Of a stretch of DNA of 57,358 bases, positions 41,413 to 51,444 are shown piece by piece; position 1 is the stretch's first letter; the number at the start of each line of letters is the position of its first letter. The stretch is from NCBI GenBank assembly GCA_040388985.1, contig JAZKAU010000001.1:1-57358 (forward strand). The letters are read 5' to 3'. A model generated the notes under the pieces. It ran no database searches. It saw only the letters and a list, made by a program, of their open reading frames with translations, and was not told where the DNA came from. The position numbers were made by a program, and so were the translations under genes. The DNA is from Patescibacteria group bacterium. GTDB taxonomy: Bacteria > Patescibacteriota > Minisyncoccia > Phycocordibacterales > Phycocordibacteraceae.

Positions 41413-42696
41413 ATGGCTGCTCTGACATTCTCCATAACTGCTCGTGATGCGGCCTCGAAAGCTCGTACGGGCGTGCTCACAACCGCTCACGGGGCTATCC
41501 AGACCCCAGCCTTCGTCCCGGTCGGGACGAAGGCTGGGGTCAAGGGCGTGCTGCCGAGCGCTCTGCGAGCGCTCGGCGCGCAGGTGGTACTCGCCAACAC
41601 CTATCACCTCTATCTCCAGCCAGGTGCGCAGGTAGTACAAGACGCGGGCGGACTAGGTGCCTTCATGGGTTGGCAGAACGAGGACACGACTACCGGGCCC
41701 ACCATAACGGACTCCGGCGGCTTCCAGGTCTTTTCTTTGGGCGCTGGCTTTGATCGCAAGGTCGTACGCGTTACAGAAGAGGAGAAAGACACCTCGACTG
41801 AAGGTGTATCGATGTATGACGAGGACGTGCAGAGCCAGCACGGGCAGCTCGCAATCATCGATGAAGAAGGCGTCTCTTTCACGTCGCATCTCGATGGTAC
41901 GCTTCATCGCTTTACGCCTGAGCGCTCGGTAGAGCTGCAGCATCAGCTTGGCGCTGACATCTTCTTTGCCTTCGACGAATGCACGTCGCAGACCGAGCCG
42001 TATGAGTATCAGAAGGAGGCTATGTACCGGACCCATCGTTGGGCCGATCGTTCCCTTAAAGCGCATCGACAGAATATCGATGCCTCTCGTACGCAAGCCA
42101 TATATGGTATCGGTCAGGGCGGACAGTTCCCGGACCTGCGTCGTGAGAGCACGCGCGCTATAGCCGAGATGGGATTCGATGGCTTCGGATTGGGAGGCTC
42201 CTTCACGAAGACGAACGGAGAGAGCATGCTTCCGCTCGCGCTCTCAGTACTCGACGAGCTTCCGGAGACCATGCCCGTGCACGGTCTTGGTGTCGGAGAG
42301 CCGGGCGACTTGCTTGAGGCTATCGCTGCCGGAGTCGACACCTTCGACTGCGTCGCGCCCACGCGCCTGGGCCGTCACGGCACCGTCTATACCCGGCGCG
42401 GGCCCGTGCACCTCAAGAAGGAGCAATATTGCAACGACTTCACCCCGCTTTCCATATATGGATTTACGAAATCCATATATTCTGATGCGGCGGGTAGCGC
42501 TAGCGGAGTTGAAGGGTTCACGCTCGCGTATGTCTCGCATCTCTTGCGAGCGAACGAGATGCTCGGGCAAATTATCGCCTCGACTCATAACCTTGGCTTT
42601 ATCATAGGGCTCGTCGACGGCGCACGCTCAGCGATCGAGAAGGGTACTTTCGCTTCCTATCGCGAGGATTTCGTACGCGAATACTATCGTTCATAA
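41413..42696 (+). CDS. tgt: tRNA-guanine transglycosylase (queuine tRNA-ribosyltransferase) homologue
   Basis: GAIQTPAFVPVGT, TDSGGFQVFS, FAFDECT, GLGVGEP, DTFDCVAPTR and THNLGF. Confidence 0.85.
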   Translation: MAALTFSITARDAASKARTGVLTTAHGAIQTPAFVPVGTKAGVKGVLPSALRALGAQVVLANTYHLYLQPGAQVVQDAGGLGAFMGWQNEDTTTGPTITDSGGFQVFSLGAGFDRKVVRVTEEEKDTSTEGVSMYDEDVQSQHGQLAIIDEEGVSFTSHLDGTLHRFTPERSVELQHQLGADIFFAFDECTSQTEPYEYQKEAMYRTHRWADRSLKAHRQNIDASRTQAIYGIGQGGQFPDLRRESTRAIAEMGFDGFGLGGSFTKTNGESMLPLALSVLDELPETMPVHGLGVGEPGDLLEAIAAGVDTFDCVAPTRLGRHGTVYTRRGPVHLKKEQYCNDFTPLSIYGFTKSIYSDAAGSASGVEGFTLAYVSHLLRANEMLGQIIASTHNLGFIIGLVDGARSAIEKGTFASYREDFVREYYRS

Positions 42697-42739
42697 TCAA
42701 AACCTCACGTGAAGCCATATATGGTATCGTTTACCTACT

Positions 42740-44851
42740 ATGGCAGGATTCAAGATGCACATCCCGTTCCCGCCCGCAGGCGACCAACCTAAGGCTATAG
42801 AGAAACTCACCAAAGGCGTGAAGGATGGCTTGCGTTATCAGACGTTGGTCGGCGTCACCGGTTCCGGCAAGACGTATACGGCAGCGAACGTCATCAATAA
42901 CATCCAGAAGCCGACGCTAGTCATGGCGCACAATAAGACGCTGGCCGCTCAGCTTGCGCAGGAGTATCGCGAATTCTTCCCGGAGAACGCCGTGCATTAC
43001 TTCGTCTCTTACTACGACTACTATCAGCCGGAAGCATACCTGGCGCATTCTGATACTTACATAGAGAAGGAAGCGCAGATAAACGCGGAAATAGACCGGC
43101 TGCGCCACGCAGCGACGCAGGCGCTTCTTACGCGCAAAGATGTCATTATCGTCGCATCCGTTTCCGCTATCTATGGCCTCGGTTCTCCTGAGAACTACGA
43201 GAAGGTGCATGTGAAGCTTGCGGTGGGGGAGAAGGAGAATCGCGCGGCGCTCATTCGCAAGCTCATCCGCATCTACTTCGAGCGCACAACGGCTGATCTC
43301 GAGCCCGGAAAGATTCGCGCGGTCGGGAATTCGCTTGAGCTTATGCCGGTCAACGAGCGCGCCATCTATCGCATCGCCTTTGATGAGGATTCGATCACCC
43401 GCATCGAATGCCTTGACCCGGTATCGCGCGCGCTTACGGGCGAGCCTGACAATCTCTTCGTCTTTCCAGCAAAGCACTTCGTATCAAGCGACGAGGATCG
43501 CGAGCGCGCGATGGAGGACATCCGCGCTGAGCTCGATGAGCGTCTTGAAGTATTCAAGCGTGAAGAGAAGCTGCTCGAGGCAGAGCGCATCAAGCGTCGC
43601 ACGCTCCATGATCTGGCGCTCATCCGGGAGATCGGCTACACCAACGGCATCGAGAACTACTCGCGGCATTTCGACGGCCGCGCTCCGGGCGAGGCTCCGC
43701 ATACGCTTCTTTCATATTTCCCGCATAAGAAGGATGGTAGCGCAGACTTCCTCACCATCATCGACGAGTCTCACGTCACGGTCTCTCAGATCGGCGGCAT
43801 GTATGCGGGCGATAAGTCGCGCAAGGACATCCTCGTAGAACACGGTTTTCGCCTGCCGAGCGCCCGCGATAACCGTCCGCTCAAGTTCGAAGAATTCGAG
43901 GAGCGTATCGGCCAGGTCATCTTCACGACAGCAACGCCCGGAAACTATGAGAAAGAACATAGTGTCCTGCCGGAGGGTCAATTAGTCGAGCAGATCATCC
44001 GACCGACCGGTCTCATCGATCCTGAACTCGTCGTGCGTCCTATAGCCGAGGGTGCGGGCGTCGGCGGAGACGTCGAGGGAGAAGGCAATTACCGCGGCCA
44101 GGTCGCGGACTTCATCGCGGAAGCGGAATTTGTCATCGCACGCGGAGGCCGCGCGCTCGCGACTACCCTTACCAAGCAGATGGCCGAAGATCTCGCGACC
44201 TTCCTCAAGGAACGCGGCATCAAGTCCGAATACCTACATAGCGACGTGAAGACCATCGATCGTATCGATATCCTTACCGCCTTCCGCAGGGGAACGTTCG
44301 ATATCTTAGTTGGCGTGAACCTGCTGCGCGAAGGTCTGGATCTGCCGGAAGTGGAGCTTGTCGGCATCCTTGACGCGGATAAGGAGGGATTCCTGCGCTC
44401 AGAGACCTCGCTCATTCAGACCATCGGACGTGCAGCGCGCAATGTGCTCGGTCGGGTCATCCTCTATGCCGACGTCATGACCGGAAGCCTTGAGCGCGCC
44501 ATCGGCGAGACCAATCGCCGCCGCGCCATACAGGTAGCGTACAACACCGAGCACGGTATCACGCCCGAGACTATCAAGAAGGAGATCAGGGATATCGCAG
44601 AAAGCATGCGCAGCGAGCACGATAAGACCGTGCATAGTCTTCTGTCCCTTGACTCCAAGCTCTACGATGAAGATCCTACAGCCTTCCTGAAGGACAAGCG
44701 CCGTCAGATGGGCGAAGCCGTAGAGGCCCTCGACTTCGAAACGGCAGCGATACTGCGCGATGAGATATACATACTCGAAGGCCGGGAAGTCCCACCGAAG
44801 CCTGCCACAACCCAGAAAAAAAGCTCTTCATCATCACGCAAGCGTCGATAA
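42740..44851 (+). CDS. uvrB: Excinuclease ABC subunit B
   Basis: GDQPKAIEKL, GVTGSGKT, the beta-hairpin region YYDYYQPEAY, and a C-terminal UVR motif (FETAAILRDEI). Confidence 0.95.
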   Translation: MAGFKMHIPFPPAGDQPKAIEKLTKGVKDGLRYQTLVGVTGSGKTYTAANVINNIQKPTLVMAHNKTLAAQLAQEYREFFPENAVHYFVSYYDYYQPEAYLAHSDTYIEKEAQINAEIDRLRHAATQALLTRKDVIIVASVSAIYGLGSPENYEKVHVKLAVGEKENRAALIRKLIRIYFERTTADLEPGKIRAVGNSLELMPVNERAIYRIAFDEDSITRIECLDPVSRALTGEPDNLFVFPAKHFVSSDEDRERAMEDIRAELDERLEVFKREEKLLEAERIKRRTLHDLALIREIGYTNGIENYSRHFDGRAPGEAPHTLLSYFPHKKDGSADFLTIIDESHVTVSQIGGMYAGDKSRKDILVEHGFRLPSARDNRPLKFEEFEERIGQVIFTTATPGNYEKEHSVLPEGQLVEQIIRPTGLIDPELVVRPIAEGAGVGGDVEGEGNYRGQVADFIAEAEFVIARGGRALATTLTKQMAEDLATFLKERGIKSEYLHSDVKTIDRIDILTAFRRGTFDILVGVNLLREGLDLPEVELVGILDADKEGFLRSETSLIQTIGRAARNVLGRVILYADVMTGSLERAIGETNRRRAIQVAYNTEHGITPETIKKEIRDIAESMRSEHDKTVHSLLSLDSKLYDEDPTAFLKDKRRQMGEAVEALDFETAAILRDEIYILEGREVPPKPATTQKKSSSSSRKRR

Positions 44852-44896
44852 TATATTCTCTCGCCTTATTAACTCATCAATATAAGTCCCTGAATC

Positions 44897-44925
44897 AATA
44901 TATGGACTTACGTTGTCCATATATT
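44897..44925. promoter_or_regulatory. Second copy of the ATATATGGAC..GTCCATATAT palindrome, upstream of the histidine kinase gene
   Basis: AATATATGGAC-TTACGTT-GTCCATATATT. It shares ATATATGGACTTACG and GTCCATATAT with 4498-4526. Confidence 0.4.
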
Positions 44926-45005
44926 TTATTTCATATATTCTCCACAAAGTCTTTATCTTGAGCTGCCCCTCATGGCGTTAAGTTCAAGCGTGGTACGATA
45001 GCTTC

Positions 45006-46103
45006 ATGAAGCTGCATACGCTTATCGCGCTTTTGCTCTTGCCGTCGCTCGCGGTACTTCTGGGTTTTATCGGACTCGTGACCTATCAGACATGGGGATC
45101 GCTCGGTCCCATCGCCCATGCCGTGCTCACGATAGACGTGACGGCTTTGGCGGCATACGGCGGTGGCATCTGGTACATCATTGGCATCTCTGTATTGAAC
45201 GTCCTTGTCTTCCTGCTCCTATATTTGCTCCTGAATCGTCTCATCGCGCGACCAATACGCGTCATCACGGATTCGATGAGGGATTTCGCGAAGACGCAGA
45301 CGCTCGAGACGATGCCATCATTTTCTCGTAGTTCTAAGGAGGTAGCCGAGTTCACGACCGCCTTCATCGAATTCGCGGGCAGCGTGCAAGAGGTGCACGC
45401 GCATGATCTCGAAATATCGCGAGTCAAATCAGATTTCATATCGACGGCTGCTCACCAGCTGCGCACGCCGCTTACCGGCATACGGTGGGCACTCGAGGCC
45501 CTTGAGAAAGAGCCGCTCAGCGAGAGCCAGAAAGCGCTTGTCGAAAGTGCGACCGCGAAGAGCCACGACTTGGTAGCAATCGTAGGCACACTGCTCGATA
45601 TCTCGAGTATCGAGTCAGGCAAGCATAAGTACGTATTCGCGGATACCGACCTGGGACAGGTCGCGTCGGAAGTGGCGAAAGACTTCTTGCCGCTGGCCGC
45701 AGAAGGCAAGGTCACCCTCTACGTCGAGGCTGCACCCGGATCATGTCCGAAGGTTCGTGCCGATGGCCAGCAGATAAAGTGGGTGCTCAATAATCTCATC
45801 GAGAACGCTATTCGCTATACGCCTGAGGGAGGTAGTGTCCGCGTGTCCATGGCTACCGTACCGGGCCGTGTCCAGGTACTGGTGCGCGATAGCGGCATCG
45901 GCATCGCGCCACGCGATCGCAACAACATCTTCGAGCGCTTCTATCGGGCAGAGAATGCCGTAGCGAAACAGAACAAGGGCAACGGCCTGGGCCTGTATAT
46001 CGCGCGCACCATCGCGACCGATCATGGCGGGGACCTCGATTTCGCCAGCAATACCGACGGGCCGGGCACTACGTTTACACTCTCTATTCCCACCGCTGGA
46101 TAG
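45006..46103 (+). CDS. Sensor histidine kinase
   Basis: Two N-terminal TM segments, the HisKA H-box SDFISTAAHQLRTPLTGI, and HATPase N/G boxes (NLIENAIRYTP, DSGIGI, GNGLGLYIAR). Confidence 0.9.
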   Translation: MKLHTLIALLLLPSLAVLLGFIGLVTYQTWGSLGPIAHAVLTIDVTALAAYGGGIWYIIGISVLNVLVFLLLYLLLNRLIARPIRVITDSMRDFAKTQTLETMPSFSRSSKEVAEFTTAFIEFAGSVQEVHAHDLEISRVKSDFISTAAHQLRTPLTGIRWALEALEKEPLSESQKALVESATAKSHDLVAIVGTLLDISSIESGKHKYVFADTDLGQVASEVAKDFLPLAAEGKVTLYVEAAPGSCPKVRADGQQIKWVLNNLIENAIRYTPEGGSVRVSMATVPGRVQVLVRDSGIGIAPRDRNNIFERFYRAENAVAKQNKGNGLGLYIARTIATDHGGDLDFASNTDGPGTTFTLSIPTAG

Positions 46104-46112
46104 AGAAGCTTC

Positions 46113-46220
46113 CTGAAATTCCCCGATCTGCTGTGTTGTCGCTCTCACTTGGACTTTCACCGTACAGCCCAGTACGACTCAAGTCCTCGCTCTGCTCCGC
46201 CTTGCATATCGGGTTTTCAG
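46113..46220 (+). repeat. Imperfect-palindrome element, short variant, 9 nt after the kinase stop
   Basis: Terminal arms CTGAAATTCCCCGATCTGC and GCATATCGGGTTTTCAG. It lacks the ~57-bp central hairpin segment of the long variant. The flanking AGCTTC and AAACCT are shared with copy 46648. Confidence 0.8.
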
Positions 46221-46242
46221 AAACCTTGGACCTGCTGCATAA

Positions 46243-46641
46243 ATGTCCTATACTTTGATCATGAGCGACACAACCTTCATCCTGGTAGTCGAGGACGACC
46301 CCGTCCTTAAGAATCTCCTGGGACACACCTTTGCGGGCAAATATCAGACCCTCTACGCGGCTGACGGAACGGAAGCCCTGGCTCTCTATGACAAGTTCAA
46401 GCCCGCACTCATACTCCTTGATCTCACGCTTCCCGGCAGCATCGACGGCTTCGGCGTTCTTGAAACGCTGCGAAAACGAGCAGACGAGGGGAAAACCGTG
46501 CCGGTCGTCGTCGTTTCGAACCTTGGTGAGCAATCGGCCAAGGATCGCGTCATGGCGCTCGGCGCGAATGCATACATGGTAAAGGCGGAAGTCGATATCG
46601 ATGAGATCGTCGCCAAGATCGGTGAATTCCTTCCTGCGTAG
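46243..46641 (+). CDS. Single-domain response regulator (receiver only)
   Basis: ILVVEDDP, LILLDLTLPG and VVVSNLG..K receiver motifs. There is no output domain. Confidence 0.9.
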   Translation: MSYTLIMSDTTFILVVEDDPVLKNLLGHTFAGKYQTLYAADGTEALALYDKFKPALILLDLTLPGSIDGFGVLETLRKRADEGKTVPVVVVSNLGEQSAKDRVMALGANAYMVKAEVDIDEIVAKIGEFLPA

Positions 46642-46647
46642 AGCTTC

Positions 46648-46756
46648 CTGAAATTCCCCGATCTGCTGCGTTGCTCTCGTCGCTCAAGACCTCACCGTAC
46701 GCCCGAGTACGACTCGGCCTTTCGCTCCTCAGCGCCTTGCATATCGGGTTTTTCAG
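46648..46756 (+). repeat. Imperfect-palindrome element, short variant, 6 nt after the response-regulator stop
   Basis: It has the same arms as 46113-46220 and the internal hairpin CCGAGT-ACG-ACTCGG. It is in direct orientation with the upstream copy. Confidence 0.8.
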
Positions 46757-46856
46757 AAACCTCTTAAAGCTTTCGTGATTTTGCAGATATACGTGTCGCT
46801 AGGTATACTGAATACGTACCTGTCCCGCCACGGACAGGAACTTTACATACGAACTT

Positions 46857-49538
46857 ATGGCACATACGCCCAAAAAGAAAGAATCAAGTGCAATGGCGCA
46901 CGAGCAGCATACCGGCGAGGACTGGATACGCGTCAAAGGCGCTCGCACGCATAACCTCAAGAACCTATCGGTAGATATCCCGAGAGGCGTGATGACCGTG
47001 ATCACCGGCCTTTCTGGCTCCGGTAAGTCATCGCTCGCCTTCGATACGATATTCGCCGAAGGACAGCGCCGCTACGTAGAATCCCTGTCAGCGTACGCGC
47101 GCCAGTTCCTGAACCAGATGCAGAAGCCGGACGTAGACGAGATTACCGGCCTCTCTCCTGCCATTTCCATAGACCAGAAGAGCCGTTCGAATAACCCGCG
47201 CTCAACGGTCGCGACCGTGACCGAGATTTACGACTATCTCCGCGTGCTCTATGCGCGCGTGGGCCAGCCGTACTGTATCAATCACGACGTGCCTATCATC
47301 CGCTTGTCCAAGGAGGAGATGATCAGGCTCATCAAGCAGCGAATAGACGCAAAGACCGGCGGTAATGACGCTGAGAAAGTCATGGGTATAGAATTCGACC
47401 GCAGTACCGTTACCGTGTACGCCCCGGTCGTCGTCGGCCGTAAGGGCGAGTACTATCAGCTGCTCTATGACCTGCTCGGCAAGGGTTTCGAGAAGGTACT
47501 TATCGACGGCGCGCAGCATTCGCTACGCGAGAAGATAACGCTCGACCGCAATAAGCGGCATGATATCGATGCCGTTGTCGACTCCATATTCGTCTCTGAA
47601 TTCCTGCGCAGTCCTGACGCAGCACGCGAGCGCCTCTCGGAAGCTCTTGAGCTCGCGCTGAAGGAAAGCGACGGATTAGTTAAGATTCAACATGCCGACG
47701 GCACGCTCGAGACTCTATCAAGCAAGTTCATCTGTCCTGACGACGGAATGTCCTTCCCCGAAGTGGAGCCTCGCCTATTCTCCTTCAACAGTCCGTATGG
47801 CGCATGCCCGAACTGTAACGGCCTGGGCACGAAGTCCCTGTTCTCGGACGAAGTCTGTCCGGTCTGTGAAGGGAAGCGACTGCGTCCTGAAGCGCTGCGC
47901 GTATACCTCTCGGGAAAGAAGAATCCGAAGATAAACAACGGACTCGGCATCAACATCGTCGACTTCGTGAACTTCTCTATACGCGAAGCCAAGGAATTCA
48001 TGGATCATCTTGAGCTCTCCGAGATGCGCGAGGAGATAGCGCAGCCTATCATTCGCGAAATTACCGCGCGTCTCGACTTCATGCTGAACGTGGGTCTCGA
48101 TTACCTGACGCTTAACCGCTCAGCCGCGACGCTTTCAGGCGGGGAAGCGCAGCGCATCCGTCTGGCTTCGCAGCTTGGTACCGGGCTCGTAGGTGCGCTT
48201 TACGTGCTCGATGAGCCGACCATTGGTCTGCATCAGCGCGATAATGACCGGCTCATTTCGACACTCCTAACCCTCAAGGAGCTCGGCAATACCATCCTCG
48301 TGGTCGAGCACGACGAGGATACTATCTATTCGGCTGACTATCTGGTCGATATAGGTCCAGGGGCTGGCACGCATGGCGGGCAAGTGGTAGCTGCCGGCTG
48401 GCTCGATGAGCTGCTGACAGCCCCTACTAACGAAAGCGGCTCGCTTACGCTCTCATACCTGCGCGAGGAGACCGAGATAGAGATGCCCGAGGAGCGCCGT
48501 ACAAGCGAGAAAGGTTCGATAAAGGTAAAGGGGGCTGCGCTGCATAACCTTAAGAACCTGAATGTAGACGTGCCGCTCGGAAAGCTGGTGTGCATCACCG
48601 GCGTATCAGGATCAGGGAAGTCGACCTTCCTGTACGACATCCTGCATAAGAACATCGCTGCGAGACTCAGCAAACGCGAGTCCCCTATTGCAAACTGCGC
48701 GAGCATGACCGGTACCGAATACGTGGGCCGCGTCGTGCTTATTGATCAGTCGGCCATCGGCCGCACGCCGCGCAGTAACCCCGCTACCTATACGGGCGCG
48801 TTCACCCATATCCGCGACCTGTTCGCAGCTGCGACCGAGTCGCGTGCGCGCGGCTGGAAGCCGGGACGCTTCTCCTTCAACGTTCCTGGGGGCCGCTGCG
48901 AAGCGTGCCAAGGCAACGGCGTCATCGCCGTGGAGATGCACTTCCTCCCGACCGTCTATGTCACCTGCGATGTCTGCAACGGCACCCGCTTCATGCGCGA
49001 GACGCTTGAAGTAACCTATCGCGGCAAAAACATTTATGACGTGCTCCAGATGACTATCGAGGAGGCGGAAGCTTTCTTCAAGGATATTCCGTCTATCAAT
49101 GACCGTCTCGAGACCCTGAACTCGACCGGCCTCCAATACCTCACGCTCGGCCAGTCCGCAACTACGTTATCCGGCGGGGAAGCGCAGCGCGTGAAGATCG
49201 CATCTGAGCTCTACCGGCCTATCACGATGAAGACGATCTATCTTCTCGACGAGCCTACCGTAGGACTTCACTACGAAGACGTCCGCAAGCTCATCGAAAT
49301 ACTCCAGGAGTTGGTGCGCCGCGGCAATACCGTGGTCGTCATCGAGCACAATCTTGATCTCATCAAGTCTTCCGACTATCTCATTGATTTCGGTCCTGAA
49401 GGAGGAATCGGAGGAGGCAAAGTCGTTGCTAAGGGTACGCCCGAAGAAGTAGCTGAGACCGAGGGCTCTCACACGGGCGAATATCTTGCGAAGATGTTCA
49501 CGAAGGCGAGGAAGAGAAGGGCAAAAGCAAAGAAATAA
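46857..49538 (+). CDS. uvrA: Excinuclease ABC subunit A
   Basis: Two ABC ATPase modules ([24 protein letters not shown]; LSGGEAQR twice) and zinc-finger Cys clusters. Confidence 0.95.
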   Translation: MAHTPKKKESSAMAHEQHTGEDWIRVKGARTHNLKNLSVDIPRGVMTVITGLSGSGKSSLAFDTIFAEGQRRYVESLSAYARQFLNQMQKPDVDEITGLSPAISIDQKSRSNNPRSTVATVTEIYDYLRVLYARVGQPYCINHDVPIIRLSKEEMIRLIKQRIDAKTGGNDAEKVMGIEFDRSTVTVYAPVVVGRKGEYYQLLYDLLGKGFEKVLIDGAQHSLREKITLDRNKRHDIDAVVDSIFVSEFLRSPDAARERLSEALELALKESDGLVKIQHADGTLETLSSKFICPDDGMSFPEVEPRLFSFNSPYGACPNCNGLGTKSLFSDEVCPVCEGKRLRPEALRVYLSGKKNPKINNGLGINIVDFVNFSIREAKEFMDHLELSEMREEIAQPIIREITARLDFMLNVGLDYLTLNRSAATLSGGEAQRIRLASQLGTGLVGALYVLDEPTIGLHQRDNDRLISTLLTLKELGNTILVVEHDEDTIYSADYLVDIGPGAGTHGGQVVAAGWLDELLTAPTNESGSLTLSYLREETEIEMPEERRTSEKGSIKVKGAALHNLKNLNVDVPLGKLVCITGVSGSGKSTFLYDILHKNIAARLSKRESPIANCASMTGTEYVGRVVLIDQSAIGRTPRSNPATYTGAFTHIRDLFAAATESRARGWKPGRFSFNVPGGRCEACQGNGVIAVEMHFLPTVYVTCDVCNGTRFMRETLEVTYRGKNIYDVLQMTIEEAEAFFKDIPSINDRLETLNSTGLQYLTLGQSATTLSGGEAQRVKIASELYRPITMKTIYLLDEPTVGLHYEDVRKLIEILQELVRRGNTVVVIEHNLDLIKSSDYLIDFGPEGGIGGGKVVAKGTPEEVAETEGSHTGEYLAKMFTKARKRRAKAKK

Positions 49539-49544
49539 AATACG

Positions 49545-49576
49545 CGTGCCGTCCCTTATCGCTAAGGGACGGCACG
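49545..49576. terminator. Hairpin between the convergent uvrA gene and the G+C-rich membrane-protein gene
   Basis: CGTGCCGTCCCTTA-TCGC-TAAGGGACGGCACG, a 14-bp perfect stem. Confidence 0.55.
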
Positions 49577-49602
49577 AGATTCGTAGCGCAACGCGAAGTC
49601 GA

Positions 49603-50052
49603 TTACGTCGCGGCGGCGGTTGCCTCCTGTCTCTCGAGACGGAGTCGGTTCTCCCGCGGGAGACGGCGAAGGTGCGAGGCGAGCGCGATCGCCGGGTGCA
49701 CAGCCGCCATGAGCGCGAACAGCTGCAGGAGCGTGAACTGCTCAGGGGTGAGCATTCTCGTCCCCAGCATGAACGTGACCGCACCGAGCCAGACGAGCAC
49801 GGCGGAGTGCAGGATTGCCCGCCGCCAGTGGAAGGGCGCTTCCCGCGTGCGCTCCTTCTCGCCGATGGCAAGGATGACGAACCATCCCGCTGCGGCGATG
49901 CCCGCGACGAGAATGAACATGCGCTGTGCGTCGGGAATTCCCAGGGTTGCGGGCACGACGGCCGCGATGAGGAAGACCCCGACGGCCTTCCAGGCGAAGT
50001 GACGCACGCGATGTTGCGGGCCACCGTAATGCAAGTGTGACATAAAGACCAT
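49603..50052 (-). CDS. Hypothetical 4-TM membrane protein in a visibly G+C-rich insert
   Basis: Four hydrophobic segments. The alternative frames give Arg-rich nonsense. A likely start is the ATG at 50043, which is preceded by GAGGA. Confidence 0.5.
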   Translation of the reverse strand: MVFMSHLHYGGPQHRVRHFAWKAVGVFLIAAVVPATLGIPDAQRMFILVAGIAAAGWFVILAIGEKERTREAPFHWRRAILHSAVLVWLGAVTFMLGTRMLTPEQFTLLQLFALMAAVHPAIALASHLRRLPRENRLRLERQEATAAAT

Positions 50053-50124
50053 CCTCTGCTTCCTAGTACTGAATGAGTTATATATAATAGAACCTAGCTA
50101 GTCAATGACCGGCATCTGATATCT

Positions 50125-51444
50125 ATGGAACGAGCCGATCTCAAGAAATTCGACTTGCCTGACTCCCCTGGCGTATATCTTTTTACGAAGGGCAAGGGAC
50201 GGTCGAAGAAGATACTGTATGTAGGGAAGGCGACATCGCTGCGCGACCGCGTGCGCTCTTATTTCGATATCGAACTTATTGCGACCCGCGGCCCGCGCAT
50301 CGTCGATATGGTGACGCAGGCTGACGGGCTCATGCATGAGCCCGTGCCTACGGTACTCGAAGCGCTAGTTCGTGAAGCAGCGCTCATCCGCGAACATAAT
50401 CCGCCCGCAAACGCGATGGGCAAGGATGACAAGACCTTCCTTTACGCGGTCATCACTGACGAAGAGATTCCGCGCGTACTTGCCATACGGGGTAAGGAGC
50501 TTAATTTCAAGGGATGCGTCACGCTTGAGGCGCCGCCCGTGCCTTTTAAGGCCGCCTATGGGCCATTTCCTTCGGGGTACCAGCTGCGCGAGGCGCTTCG
50601 ACTCATTCGTCGTATTTTCCCGTTCTATGACACCGCAAAGCCCATAGTGCGGGACCCTGCGCGCGTCGGGCGCGTGCTGAGTACTGGCAACAAGCACCTG
50701 CAGGCTAACGTCGAGTTCAATCGTCAGATAGGGCAATATCCGCGCAATATGGATAGGAAGGATTATATGCGTTCCATACGCAACGTCAGCCTGTTCCTGT
50801 CCGGCCGCGTAAAGACATTACGCACGACGCTTGCGCGCGAGATGAAGCAGGCCGCTAAAGAAGAACGATTCGAGGACGCAGATATCGTAAAGCGTCAGCT
50901 CTTCGCTCTCGATCACGTCCAGGATGTATCGCTCATCCGCGAGGATCGTGGGCAGGAACAGGTGGGTCCGCGGATAGAGGCCTATGACACCGCGCATATC
51001 GGCGGTACGAACGCCATCGGCGTCATGGTCGTCGTCGAGAACAGCATGCCGATTAAAAAAGACTACAGGACTTTTCGTATCCAGGGCCGCGGTGGCAAGT
51101 CTACGAATGACGACATCGCTTCGCTGCGGGAGATACTCTCACGAAGATTAGGACACCCTGAATGGCCGCTCCCCAAGGCCTTCGTCATCGATGGCGGCAA
51201 GACACATAAAAAAGCAGCGGAGGAACTCTTGAAGGAGGTCGGCATCGGCATCCCAGTAGTCGCCGTCGTGAAGGACGAACGTCATCGCCCGAGGGAAGTG
51301 ATCGGGGGACTGCGAGCTGGCATTACGGACGCTGATGCAGTACTTGCGAACTCGGAAGCTCATCGTTTCTCTCTTTCCCGTCATCGTCATGCTCGTAAGA
51401 TGCAGATGGAGGGACGTGTTCATAAGGGGATTGCAAAGAAATGA
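50125..51444 (+). CDS. uvrC: Excinuclease ABC subunit C, short form (no C-terminal HhH region)
   Basis: GIY-YIG motif (PGVYLF..ILYVGKATSLRDRV), UVR motif (FEDADIVKRQLFAL), and the RNase H-like endonuclease region (IEAYDTAHIGG). It ends at 439 aa. Confidence 0.85.
   Translation: MERADLKKFDLPDSPGVYLFTKGKGRSKKILYVGKATSLRDRVRSYFDIELIATRGPRIVDMVTQADGLMHEPVPTVLEALVREAALIREHNPPANAMGKDDKTFLYAVITDEEIPRVLAIRGKELNFKGCVTLEAPPVPFKAAYGPFPSGYQLREALRLIRRIFPFYDTAKPIVRDPARVGRVLSTGNKHLQANVEFNRQIGQYPRNMDRKDYMRSIRNVSLFLSGRVKTLRTTLAREMKQAAKEERFEDADIVKRQLFALDHVQDVSLIREDRGQEQVGPRIEAYDTAHIGGTNAIGVMVVVENSMPIKKDYRTFRIQGRGGKSTNDDIASLREILSRRLGHPEWPLPKAFVIDGGKTHKKAAEELLKEVGIGIPVVAVVKDERHRPREVIGGLRAGITDADAVLANSEAHRFSLSRHRHARKMQMEGRVHKGIAKK

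Noticed and set aside
14143-46756. Whether the recurring palindromic elements could be a CRISPR array
   Set aside because: The copies are 109-183 bp long, internally palindromic, kilobases apart, and each sits after a different gene. There is no regular repeat-spacer periodicity and no cas genes.
49167-50024. A 285-aa minus-strand ORF overlapping the uvrA 3' end and the G+C-rich insert
   Set aside because: It lies antisense to the well-supported uvrA gene. The product is Arg/Ser/Pro-rich nonsense, which is typical of spurious ORFs in G+C-rich DNA. The 4-TM frame 49603-50052 is preferred.
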